Shown: positions 46,855 to 55,562, numbered from the stretch's first letter. The stretch is 64,000 nucleotides of DNA from an uncultured Bdellovibrionales bacterium (GCA_964413875.1 CAYPUA010000008.1:28556-92555), one strand, 5' to 3'. The notes: a model not told the origin generated them from the sequence alone. Numbers and translations: made by a program.

Positions 46855-47056
46855 GCCTAGCAGCGCACTCTAAGAATTTCTCTGAATCCCCTGTATCGTG
46901 TTCTCTTCGAGATACTTTTACCTGGAAATTCGCTCGTTTCGGTACGAGCGGCACCACCCCTAAGCCAGAGACGAAGAAACAGCTACCCCGATAAGACACA
47001 CATACCACGCCTCCTCTCATATCACATAGAAGCGCCACTTTTGGTGAGGTTACGTC

Positions 47057-47515
47057 ATGAACAATTTTTCCGGGCTCAGCGCTGACACGATCGTTCAGCA
47101 CATGGAAGCTCTCAAGCAGCGCAAAGCTATCAAGCAGAATAAAGCTGAACTGTCGCTCGCGACGGCGATCGTTCTGATGGAGATTGCTTCGTCGGACCAG
47201 CAGGTCGACAAGTTCGAACGCTCAGTCATTCAGCATGGCCTAAAAGCGCTCTTTGATATTTCAGACGAGACGGCAGTCGGTGTAATCACACGCGCAAAAG
47301 CGCACCTCGGGAACATGGGGAGCAGCTCGTCTTATGCATCCTTGCTCAAAGACATCCTAGACCCCGGAACCAAGCGCCAAATGGCAAGTATCATGGATAA
47401 CCTGATCCGGTGTAACGGAGTAGTTGACGGCATGGAGATCTACCTGCGACGCCGTTTTCGCGACTTGCTCGGATTGCCAGATGAAGCGCTCTCTCCGCTC
47501 TCGTCCGAGGAGTAA
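47057..47515 (+). CDS. TerB-like (tellurite-resistance/DjlA N-domain fold) protein
   Basis: 152 aa; LATAIVLMEIASSDQQVDKFERSVIQ and MASIMDNLIRCNGVVDGMEIYLRRRF resemble the paired-helix TerB repeat. Confidence 0.55.
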   Translation: MNNFSGLSADTIVQHMEALKQRKAIKQNKAELSLATAIVLMEIASSDQQVDKFERSVIQHGLKALFDISDETAVGVITRAKAHLGNMGSSSSYASLLKDILDPGTKRQMASIMDNLIRCNGVVDGMEIYLRRRFRDLLGLPDEALSPLSSEE

Positions 47516-47658
47516 AGCGCCCCTAACAAAGTAAACCAACACGGATACCGAAGCGGTCCAGATGCAATCTGGCACAGCCAAATACCGAACGAATCCGGGA
47601 GGATCTCCGGTCTCTTAGCACTACCAAGTAGGCCCGAGAGAAAATCAGCGCCAGAAGC

Positions 47659-47685
47659 TAACAATATCCCCTGGCCTGCCGAACT
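47659..47685 (+). promoter_or_regulatory. sigma-28 (FliA)-like promoter
   Basis: TAAC-N15-GCCGAACT versus consensus TAAA-N15-GCCGATAA, ~215 nt upstream of the flagellin ATG. Confidence 0.3.
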
Positions 47686-47795
47686 TCCCCTCTAGGAGGT
47701 AATGACCGTACGTGCTCGCACGCACGCTATGGGGAGGAAGCTTCCGACTCGGTGCACCCGTATGGGCTGATTCCGGGCAGGGAGGCATTACCGTT

Positions 47796-47885
47796 GGGTG
47801 AGGTGCCCTCCGGTCGGCTGGATCTACGTGTTGGTATTGGGTGTTTGGGGATCCCGCCCACTTGAGCGCACCTCGCCCCTTTTTT
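47796..47885 (+). terminator. terminator-like long-range stem plus T-run inside the flagellin leader (possible attenuator)
   Basis: GGGTGAGGTGC (47796-47806) pairs with GCACCTCGCCC (47868-47878), 11 bp with one G.U, then CTTTTTT ending 15 nt before the ATG. Confidence 0.35.
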
Positions 47886-47899
47886 AAAGTGAGTGGCAC

Positions 47900-48721
47900 A
47901 TGGCTAAGCTCAGCCCTATCGGCGGCGGCCTGTCAGGCGTTAACAATCTAAACAAAGTGCTCTCGGAGCTCTCCGGCTCCTTTGCCAAGCTCTCCTCTGG
48001 GCGCAGGATTACGAAGGCTTCGGATGATGCAGCGGCACTTGCGATTGCCTCACAGCTTGAGGCTTCTCTCGGCACGCTCGACCAGGCCTCGCGCAACGTG
48101 CGAGACGCAGGCTCGGCACTCGCCATCGCCGACGGCTCGCTGGGGCAGATCCAAGACCTCTCCGGCAGGCTTCAGGAGCTGGCTGTGCAGTCCGCGAACG
48201 GCACCTACTCAGACGAGCAGCGCGCTGCGATTAAGGGCGAGTACGACTCGATCACCCAAGAGATTAGCCGCATCGCTGGCTCAACCGAATTCAATGGGGT
48301 GAAGCTTCTCGATGGCTCCCAGATCACTGCACAAGTCGGAACAGGCAGCGGAGCATCTTCTCAGCTAACCATTGGAGGCGCTGACATTTCAGCACTCGTG
48401 TCGCAGGTATCGTCACAGAACGTCGGAACGCAGGCTGGAGCGCAGCAGGCTATCGGCGCGATACAGCAATTCTCTCAGAGCCTAGGAAACGTGCGCAGCT
48501 CATTCATTGGGGCGTCACAGTCTCGCCTCGACACAATCGAACAGAACATCAGCTCCCAAAGGATTGGCTCGGCTGAGGCGCTCTCCCGGATCGTCGATCT
48601 CGACTATGCATCAGAGAGCTCGCGAAACATCGGCTTCTCAATCCGCGCGCAGTCATCGGTCGCCCTCCTTGCGCAGGGGCAGCGCCTAAACGCTGGTATC
48701 GTCAGTCGCCTCCTAGGCTAG
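47900..48721 (+). CDS. flagellin (minimal, D0/D1-only length)
   Basis: 273 aa; N-domain KLSSGRRITKASDDAAALAIASQL, LQELAVQSANGT; C-domain IGASQSRLD..ALSRIVDLDYASESS..SVALLAQGQ. Confidence 0.85.
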   Translation: MAKLSPIGGGLSGVNNLNKVLSELSGSFAKLSSGRRITKASDDAAALAIASQLEASLGTLDQASRNVRDAGSALAIADGSLGQIQDLSGRLQELAVQSANGTYSDEQRAAIKGEYDSITQEISRIAGSTEFNGVKLLDGSQITAQVGTGSGASSQLTIGGADISALVSQVSSQNVGTQAGAQQAIGAIQQFSQSLGNVRSSFIGASQSRLDTIEQNISSQRIGSAEALSRIVDLDYASESSRNIGFSIRAQSSVALLAQGQRLNAGIVSRLLG

Positions 48722-48744
48722 CCCGTTTGCTGCACCCACAATCC

Positions 48745-48875
<131 letters not shown>

Positions 48876-48949
48876 CTGCTTCAACCGGTTTTCCCCAGGA
48901 GTCCCACTCGAAACTTTCAACAGCCAGACCCCGAACGAGCTTCCCTTGT

Positions 48950-49372
48950 ATGCCCGACATCAACGGATTCACCCTAACCGAACTGACCGCAGCCCTGGCT
49001 GTCACGGCGCTCGTGCTCACAATTTCGGTCACGAAACTGCCCGATGTGTCGCGCCAGCAGAGGCTCTGCCGTGAGACCCGACGCCTTCAGCTTCTGCTCG
49101 ACCGCGCGAGGGCTCGGAGCCTTGCCTTCGGCACCGCGCACTCCGTTGCTCTCCGGGCGGGAGCGCTAGAGCTGCGCAACGCTGCTGGAGTCTCTCTCGA
49201 AAAGCTCTCGCTCCATCCGGAGATATCCGTGACGACAACCAGCAATATTCAGGGAGAGGTCTCCTTCTACCCCACGCACACTGCCACGCCGGGCACCTTC
49301 ACCATCTCCCTCGACTCACTAGCTGCGACGTTAGTTGTCTCGCTGCGTGGAAGGACGCGAGTGCAGTGCTAA
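48950..49372 (+). CDS. prepilin-type pseudopilin / minor pilin (GspH/FimT-like)
   Basis: 140 aa; N-terminal cleavage/methylation motif NGFTLTELTAALAVTALVL. Confidence 0.7.
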   Translation: MPDINGFTLTELTAALAVTALVLTISVTKLPDVSRQQRLCRETRRLQLLLDRARARSLAFGTAHSVALRAGALELRNAAGVSLEKLSLHPEISVTTTSNIQGEVSFYPTHTATPGTFTISLDSLAATLVVSLRGRTRVQC

Positions 49373-49650
49373 GGGAATCCAAAAGTGACTTTGGCGCTCC
49401 GATTCGGCCCGTTGCCAGGAGCCGCGCTATCGGACCTGAGCATGGATTCGCGCTCATCGAAAGCATCGTCACTCTCGGAATAATCGCCACACTAACCATG
49501 GGCCTCGCACTTTTTATGGCGCGAACGACGAAGGCTCTGCAGCAGGCGAGGCGAGCGGCTCATGCAGTCTGCTCTCAGACAGCCTGCTTTCCATCCGGCG
49601 CAACACTTCGATGCAAGTGCGGCGAGCGATCGTGGAGCGTTGTGCCATGA
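49366..49650 (+). CDS. small prepilin-type minor pilin (PilV/GspI-like)
   Basis: GTG start overlapping the upstream stop; HGFALIESIVTLGIIATL methylation motif. Confidence 0.5.
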   Translation: MLRESKSDFGAPIRPVARSRAIGPEHGFALIESIVTLGIIATLTMGLALFMARTTKALQQARRAAHAVCSQTACFPSGATLRCKCGERSWSVVP

Positions 49651-50501
49651 ACAGCAACTCACGCCAGGAGGGATTCAGCCTGCTTGAGACCGTGGTGTCG
49701 CTCGGCACCGCATCCCTCGTGGCAGCGGCGCTGATCGCCATGCTCGGGGCCTCTGGCCTTGTTTTCCGCGAAGCTGCAGGACCGGTCGCAGACCTCTCAG
49801 TTGCAGCCGCAGCGGAGAACGCGCTCCGGGCTGGCTCGCGCGCCGTTGGACGCTCTCGCCTGCCATTCGCGCTGACCGTAGCGCCAAGCGCCGCTGTGCC
49901 GCTCTCAAACGGTGCTCCGCACCCTCTGGCTTCTCTCAGCGGCGCCTCTGCTCCCGTGCCTGGTTCGCAAGTCGTGTCGTTCGTCGAGCTCTCGCCACTC
50001 TACGCCGGAACGATTGAGCGAACGACATACAACGGCTCCCTGATGCAGCTTGTCGCTTGCGGATTCCAGGTGCGCCCCGCTGCCAGCCAATTCAAGAGCT
50101 ACGTGGCGCTCGGGGTATCGGGTGCCGTCCAGATCGTTGGGACTCTGAGAGCTATTTCTCTCTCATGCGCCGAGTTGATCGGCACCCCAATCGCGGGCCT
50201 CGTCAGCAGCCCCGCAACAGTTCTTCCGTGCTCGCTCCACAGCCTCGTTCCGGTGAACCGGGAACACTCCCTCTTTGTGGACCGGTCAGGCCAGCTCCGG
50301 ATATCGTCCCATACCGGAACTCAGGTCACCGAGAACCAGCCACTGGGGAGCGGGGCACGGGAGATCCATATCTCGGAGGTGCCGAACTCAGAGGCGCGTG
50401 TTGCGCTCTCCGTCTCGGTGACTGGAGTCAACGGCCACACCTCAAGCTTTATCCTCCCCCTCCCGCTCCTCCCCACAAACCACTATGACTGTATCTTTTA
50501 G
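49647..50501 (+). CDS. prepilin-type minor pilin (PilW-like size)
   Basis: Start at MNSNSRQEGFSLLETVVSLGTASLVAAAL (ATGA overlap with upstream stop); ~285 aa. Confidence 0.5.
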   Translation: MNSNSRQEGFSLLETVVSLGTASLVAAALIAMLGASGLVFREAAGPVADLSVAAAAENALRAGSRAVGRSRLPFALTVAPSAAVPLSNGAPHPLASLSGASAPVPGSQVVSFVELSPLYAGTIERTTYNGSLMQLVACGFQVRPAASQFKSYVALGVSGAVQIVGTLRAISLSCAELIGTPIAGLVSSPATVLPCSLHSLVPVNREHSLFVDRSGQLRISSHTGTQVTENQPLGSGAREIHISEVPNSEARVALSVSVTGVNGHTSSFILPLPLLPTNHYDCIF

Positions 50502-51387
50502 CGCCCAGCCTCGTGTTTTATCCCAAACCCTCAGCTCGGCACCGGCGCCGTCCCCGGCTCCGCCCCCCACCCCACCACGCCCCAACCACTCCGCCTCCGG
50601 TTACACCCTGCCCCTAGCCCTACTATCCATGCTCATAACCCTCGCCATGCTGCGCGGCTTCCACGACCGCGCGTTAAGCCTGGTGCAGCAGTGGCGCATC
50701 GGAAGGGACGCTGACGCAGTGGAGGAGGCTGCTACTCTTGCCGCCATTTCGGCACCACCAACGCCAGGCAGATGCTCGTCTCTCGTGGTGCGGAGCCCTC
50801 GAGGCGCAGCTGAGCGGCTCCTCTGCCACGAGCCTCTCTCTTCGCTTCTCTCTTTTCCTGCCACGCAGCTTCCGAGCGGCAAGACAGACTACGGCTCAAT
50901 TTTTGCCGCAGCTCTTCCGTGTCCCGGTGAGCTTCGTTCCGTAGCGCGCACGATTTTTGACTCGCCCACGGCGCGACGAAGCTGCGTGGTGGGCTCAAGT
51001 GCTGCCGCTCCACTGGTAGTTCTGGAAAATATCTCCGGCGGCGATATCCGGATCGAGCCTACGAATCAGGCGCCGTTCTCTCTCGTGGCGACACCTGGCT
51101 CACTTGAGCTGCGCGGCGCTCTTATAGTTAGCGGGGACACCCTAGTGGTTGCGGGGGGAAGCATCGCCTTCAGTGCACTCGTAGCGCAGAATCCATCCTC
51201 CGTTACCCTGCTCTCGGCACGCGGATCGATCACTGTGGAGCAAGTTTCTGGGGGAGCTTCACTCCTCCTGCTCGGCACCAAAGAGCTTCGCGCGCCTGCC
51301 ACCGCGCTGCCCACCACGCTGCTTCTTCCGCCGCTGCGCCCCTTGGCGCTCACCGCTGCCTACGCTCTTGATGGGAGCGGGAAGTAG
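50485..51387 (+). CDS. hypothetical protein, possibly PilX/GspK-like pilin lacking Glu5
   Basis: 300 aa; Pro/Ala-rich N-terminus then SGYTLPLALLSMLITLAML; 17-nt overlap with upstream gene; 3' end overlaps the convergent rsmB/F-like ORF. Confidence 0.35.
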   Translation: MTVSFSAQPRVLSQTLSSAPAPSPAPPPTPPRPNHSASGYTLPLALLSMLITLAMLRGFHDRALSLVQQWRIGRDADAVEEAATLAAISAPPTPGRCSSLVVRSPRGAAERLLCHEPLSSLLSFPATQLPSGKTDYGSIFAAALPCPGELRSVARTIFDSPTARRSCVVGSSAAAPLVVLENISGGDIRIEPTNQAPFSLVATPGSLELRGALIVSGDTLVVAGGSIAFSALVAQNPSSVTLLSARGSITVEQVSGGASLLLLGTKELRAPATALPTTLLLPPLRPLALTAAYALDGSGK

Positions 51388-52368
51388 CTTGAACACTGTT
51401 GCCGAGCGCCAGATCGGCTTAATCGAGTCGGTTGCCTCCTCGATGCTTGGGGCGGAGATCTGCCCAAGCTCTCCTTCGCGCTTCAGGAGCGCGCAGAAGG
51501 AGCCTGCGCCGAAGCCGGTGTGGGGAAAGAGCCGGTAGGTCGGATGGCTTGAATGTGCAGAGCGGAAGCTCTCAAGAAGCGGCACTGGCACAACAGTGAA
51601 GTCCGGTCGCTGGCGCAAGAACCACTCGATATTCTCCTCGTTCTCTTCTCGTGAAAACGTGCAGGTTGAGTAGAGGATGTATCCGCCTGGCTGGAGCATC
51701 GGGGCTGCGCACGCCAAGATGCGTCGTTGTCGCCGAGCATTCATCGAGATGGTTGCTGGATGAAAAGCCCCGGGCGCTGCCTGGCCCTTTACAACGAGCG
51801 ATTGCCCTGAGCACGGCACATCGGCGACGAGCAGCCGCGCCGCATGTGGCAGGAGCTTGGCTAGCGCTGAAGGATCGCGCGAGGTCACGATAGCTGGATC
51901 GATGGAGCAGCGCTTGTAGTTTGAGATAAGCTGCGCTGTTCGCTTCCGGATAACTTCATTTGCGACGATAAAACTGGGCGAAAGGTAGCGTGATGCCAAG
52001 ACGCTCTTTCCGCCGGGGGCAGCGCACAGGTCGACCAAGAGGTCGATCGGCTCCTCAATCGTAGAGTAAGCGGCGCAGGCAAAGGTCGACGAGAGGTCGA
52101 GACAGTACAGCTCGCCCTGCTCGTGTCGTTCGCTCTTTCCTGGTCTCTCATCGTCTCCAGCGACAGAGATCCACGCCGGCAGCCACGGAGGCTTGCTGTC
52201 GATAGCGCCGTGGTATGCCCCACCGCGCAGCGCCGCTACTGCCGTAATGCTGCTGCCTCCCGCCGAGAGAGCGTGCAGAAACTTCTCTCGCTCGGCACTG
52301 TCGCCGAAGAGCGCCCGCGCGACTCGCTCGACGTTGCGGGAGACTTCGTTGCTACTTTCCTCTCTCAT
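51259..52368 (-). CDS. RsmB/RsmF-family rRNA (cytosine-C5) methyltransferase
   Basis: 369 aa; SAM motif DLCAAPGGKS, catalytic ADVPCSGQS and LYSTCTFSREENE; basic low-complexity C-terminal tail is doubtful. Confidence 0.75.
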   Translation of the reverse strand: MREESSNEVSRNVERVARALFGDSAEREKFLHALSAGGSSITAVAALRGGAYHGAIDSKPPWLPAWISVAGDDERPGKSERHEQGELYCLDLSSTFACAAYSTIEEPIDLLVDLCAAPGGKSVLASRYLSPSFIVANEVIRKRTAQLISNYKRCSIDPAIVTSRDPSALAKLLPHAARLLVADVPCSGQSLVVKGQAAPGAFHPATISMNARRQRRILACAAPMLQPGGYILYSTCTFSREENEENIEWFLRQRPDFTVVPVPLLESFRSAHSSHPTYRLFPHTGFGAGSFCALLKREGELGQISAPSIEEATDSIKPIWRSATVFKLLPAPIKSVGSGERQGAQRRKKQRGGQRGGRRAKLFGAEQEE

Positions 52369-52466
52369 CGTTTCTGTTAGGGCCTACAGCCTCTTCGGCA
52401 CTTCAATTTTCAGCGGCATGGTAGCTGCGCCTCGATGGGCAAACAACTGAGTTATTCCCGTAATTG

Positions 52467-52880
52467 CTCGCCAGCCCAAGTTGCCAGGCAGGCCAGCACC
52501 CTCTAATCCGGAACGTTCTGGTTATCTAACGCGGAGGTCGCCGAATAGCCACCTTCCCCACGCCGCGCACTCCGCATCCTCCGTGCCTCCGCGTTATTAA
52601 ACTAAAATGCCGCTGTCTCGACCATCGCTCGCCAGTCCCGGCTGGCAGTCAGGCTAGCATCCTCCAATCCGGAACGTTCTGGTTATCTAACGCGGATGCG
52701 CGGAAAGCGCGGAGATCGCTGAATAGCCACCTTCCCCACGCCGCGCACTCCGCATCCTCCGTGCCTCCGCGTTATTAAACTAAAATGCCGCTGTCTCGAC
52801 CATCGCTCGCCAGCCCCCGTTGCCAGGCAGGCTAGCACCCTCCAATCCGGAACGTTCTGGTTATCTAACGCGGAGGCGCA
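52467..52880. repeat. about 2.5 tandem units (160 and 179 bp) of a structured intergenic repeat
   Basis: Units start at 52467, 52627, 52806 (ctcgccag..); each holds aatccggaacgttctggttatctaacgcgga and the inverted partner cctccgcgttattaaactaaaatgccgctgtctcgaccatcg. Confidence 0.8.
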
Positions 52881-52898
52881 GAGAACGGGACTGAGCTT

Positions 52899-53525
52899 TC
52901 ACCTCTTATTGTAAAAGCGCTCAAGCTGCGTGCGCAGGTCGTGAAGCGCCTTAACCCGCATGCTGAAGGATGCCTTCTCTTCCTTGGTCATCTCTCCCAT
53001 AGTCCTGATGCTTCCCTCTGGCTGGAAGATCGAATCCCATCCGAAGCCAGTGCCTCGCGGCGCGACAACCTCTCCCTGCACCACTCCCTCGCCGTAAATG
53101 AAGCTCTGTGGGCCGAGAGCAAGACCGAAGATTGTACGGACCTCGGCGCGGCAATCCTGACGAGACGCTGCGAGCTGGTGAACGCCTTCGCCGCCGAGAG
53201 CTTTAAGGAACCATTTAATGAGTGGTCCGGGGAGACCGTTGAGCGAGTGTATCGAGAGCGAAGTGTCTTCGATCAGAACCGGCGTATACCCCTGCTCGAT
53301 AGCCGCCTGTGCTTTGGCTATCACCACCTTGCGCGGCTCAAGCTCCTGAACTTCGGGCAGGTCTAGGTGCACGTGCCGCATCTTCCCCAGCACGGCTTCA
53401 GTCTCTTCAAGCTTGAAGCGGTTGCCGGTGACGAAGAATACGTCCTTGAGCACCTTGTCGATCTTGTCCCAACGTCCCGGCATAGTTAAGAGGAGAAGGC
53501 GGCGTATCTGCCACCCGAGCAGCAA
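52899..53525 (-). CDS. non-canonical purine NTP pyrophosphatase (ITPase, HAM1/RdgB family)
   Basis: FFVTGNRFKLEE, GLPGPLIKWF, FGWDSIFQPEG, EEKASFSMR; TTG start at 53525 or ATG at 53483 (MPGRW). Confidence 0.85.
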   Translation of the reverse strand: MLLGWQIRRLLLLTMPGRWDKIDKVLKDVFFVTGNRFKLEETEAVLGKMRHVHLDLPEVQELEPRKVVIAKAQAAIEQGYTPVLIEDTSLSIHSLNGLPGPLIKWFLKALGGEGVHQLAASRQDCRAEVRTIFGLALGPQSFIYGEGVVQGEVVAPRGTGFGWDSIFQPEGSIRTMGEMTKEEKASFSMRVKALHDLRTQLERFYNKR

Positions 53526-53724
53526 AACTCAGGATACTCCTTAGATATAAGATGAGGATACCCGCGAAACTGGCGCCACGACCCTGCCACGGTTCAAGTA
53601 TGCGAGGGGAATCAGGAAAGCTGGCTACGCCGCGGCTTTGCACGCGTCTCCATCGAACACCGCGTAGAGGAGCTCATCAACTACCCCGGTCGGGCGGCGA
53701 CCACATCGGGGCCAGAATCGCCCG

Positions 53725-54129
53725 TCATCCGCAGTGCACGACAACCTGCCGAACATGCCCGTTGCGCCGGTGCTCCCAAACGTAGATGCCCTGCCAGGTG
53801 CCGAGCACGAGGTCTCCATTGACCACTGGGATCGAGAGCGAGACATCGGTCAGGATCGACTTAATGTGCGATGGCATGTCGTCGGGTCCCTCTGCGGTAT
53901 GGGTGAAGAGCTGGTCGCGCTCGGGCACGAGCCGGTTGAGCCACGCCTCGAGGTCTCGACGCGCTGAAGGATCTGCGTTCTCCTGAATGGTGAGGCTCGC
54001 CGAGGTGTGGCGAATGAAAACTGTGCAGAGCCCCTCCGTAACACCGGACTCACGCACAATGGCTGACACCTCTTCGGTGACTTCGTAGAGCCCCTGCCCT
54101 TTGGTGCGAACCGCGAAGCCTTTCACCAT
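53725..54129 (-). CDS. yjbQ: YjbQ-family protein (UPF0047, secondary thiamine-phosphate synthase)
   Basis: 134 aa; GLCTVFIRHTSASLTIQENADP and DDMPSHIKS motifs. Confidence 0.85.
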   Translation of the reverse strand: MVKGFAVRTKGQGLYEVTEEVSAIVRESGVTEGLCTVFIRHTSASLTIQENADPSARRDLEAWLNRLVPERDQLFTHTAEGPDDMPSHIKSILTDVSLSIPVVNGDLVLGTWQGIYVWEHRRNGHVRQVVVHCG

Positions 54130-54133
54130 GCGA

Positions 54134-55447
54134 CTACTGCGCTACCGACTTGGCCCAAGAAGTGAGGTCGGAGACCTTCGCCTGCTCTTTGGTAACGAGA
54201 TCCTTCGCCTGCACTTCCCCCGTCGCGCTATCAACGAAGAGTACGTACCGGGCGCCCTTCGACTCTGCGTACTCGATCTGCTTTCCGAGCTTAGGCGACT
54301 TGTAGAATACCTCTGTCGGGAGCCCTGCTTGGCGCAGCGTGTGCGCTACATCGTTGCATCGCTTCCGGGTGTCTTCTGAGTAGACAGCCACGACAGCCTG
54401 CGTCGGGCTCTTCCTGGTGGTTGGCACAAGCCCCTCAGAGAGCGCCAGGTCCATGATGCGGGAGAGTCCGATCGACACGCCAACTCCCGGGAGCTTCTGT
54501 GTTGTGAACTCAGATGCGAGGTCGTCGTAACGGCCGCCGGAGAAGACGGACCCAAACTCTGGGTACTTCGTGAGCGTGGTCTCGGCGATAAGCCCCGTGT
54601 AGTAGTCGAGCCCGCGTGCCAGGCTCACATCGATCAACACGTGCGGCTGCACATCCTCTGGCATGAGTCCGAAGATCTCGACCAGCTCAGATACTCCCTG
54701 TGTGATGAGCTCGCTTGATACGCCAAGCGCCGCAATCTTGCCCGGCAGCTCCGCTGCGCCGCACTGAATTTCGGTGCTCTTGAGGATCACCTCGATCGCT
54801 TTCGGCGAGACTCCTGGAATCTTTTCAAGCTCTCCTTTCACGCCGTCCGCGCCGATCTTGAGCAGCTTGTCGACAGCGACTATTGCAGCTTTGCGCGCTG
54901 CTTCATCGAGGCCAAGCTCAGCGTACAGGCCTCCGAGGAGCTTTCGGCTGTTTATCCGAACCTGGAATGGCCCGAAGTTGAGCTCTTTCATCACGAGCCC
55001 GATCACCGAAACGACTTCAGCATCGCAGCTCAGCGGCAGCTCATCACGCCCGATGATATCGATGTCGAACTGGTAGAACTCGCGGAAGCGCCCGCGCTGC
55101 GGCCGCTCGCCTCGCCATACCTTCTGGCACTGGTAGCGCTTGAAGGGAAAGGTGAGCGCCGCCTGGTGCTGTGCAACGTAGCGCGCCAGCGGCACGGTCA
55201 GGTCAAAGTGCAGGCCGAGCTCAGACTCTTGCCCCTCCTCAGCCCTGAGACGACGAACCACAAAGATCTCCTTCTCGATAATTCCCTTAGAGCCAAGGGT
55301 CGAGAGCAGCTCAACGGCAGGGGTCTCAATCGGGGCGAACCCGTAGCTTTCAAAGATACGCTTGATGGTTGCGATGACCTTATCTTCAGCGATCTTCTGC
55401 TCTGGGAGCCACTCGGGAAATCCTGAAATCTTGCCTACTTTAGCCAT
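54134..55447 (-). CDS. hisS: histidine--tRNA ligase
   Basis: 437 aa; GFPEWLPEQ, FKRYQCQKVWRGERPQRGRFREFYQFDIDIIG (class II motif 2), GGRYDDL. Confidence 0.95.
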   Translation of the reverse strand: MAKVGKISGFPEWLPEQKIAEDKVIATIKRIFESYGFAPIETPAVELLSTLGSKGIIEKEIFVVRRLRAEEGQESELGLHFDLTVPLARYVAQHQAALTFPFKRYQCQKVWRGERPQRGRFREFYQFDIDIIGRDELPLSCDAEVVSVIGLVMKELNFGPFQVRINSRKLLGGLYAELGLDEAARKAAIVAVDKLLKIGADGVKGELEKIPGVSPKAIEVILKSTEIQCGAAELPGKIAALGVSSELITQGVSELVEIFGLMPEDVQPHVLIDVSLARGLDYYTGLIAETTLTKYPEFGSVFSGGRYDDLASEFTTQKLPGVGVSIGLSRIMDLALSEGLVPTTRKSPTQAVVAVYSEDTRKRCNDVAHTLRQAGLPTEVFYKSPKLGKQIEYAESKGARYVLFVDSATGEVQAKDLVTKEQAKVSDLTSWAKSVAQ

Positions 55448-55562
55448 GATGCGGTCGATGCCCTCAGTCGTTACGGTGCGGCGAACTGTACACTAGGTTG
55501 GCGAAAAAGGGGACGGACACCTTTTTCGCCCCGAGGGAGTTAATAGCGGGCCCCGGCCCATG

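Noticed and set aside
47702-47770. A 22-codon mini-ORF (MTVRARTHAMGRKLPTRCTRMG) in the flagellin leader, preceded by aggagg.
   Set aside because: The aggagg ends only 2 nt before the ATG, too close for a normal Shine-Dalgarno spacing. The GGAGG is more plausibly an RNA-structure or CsrA-type element. Kept only as context for the leader finding.
47720-47830. Identification of the flagellin leader as a c-di-GMP (GEMM) riboswitch.
   Set aside because: There are only loose resemblances (cacgcac.., gccctccgg). I could not place the conserved GGCAAAC / ACGCAAAGC elements. It is left as a testable possibility, not a call.
52467-52880. Possible CRISPR array, since it shows regularly spaced repeats.
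   Set aside because: The entire 160-179 bp unit repeats, including the would-be spacers. There are no unique spacers, no 28-37 bp repeat periodicity, and no cas genes in the window.
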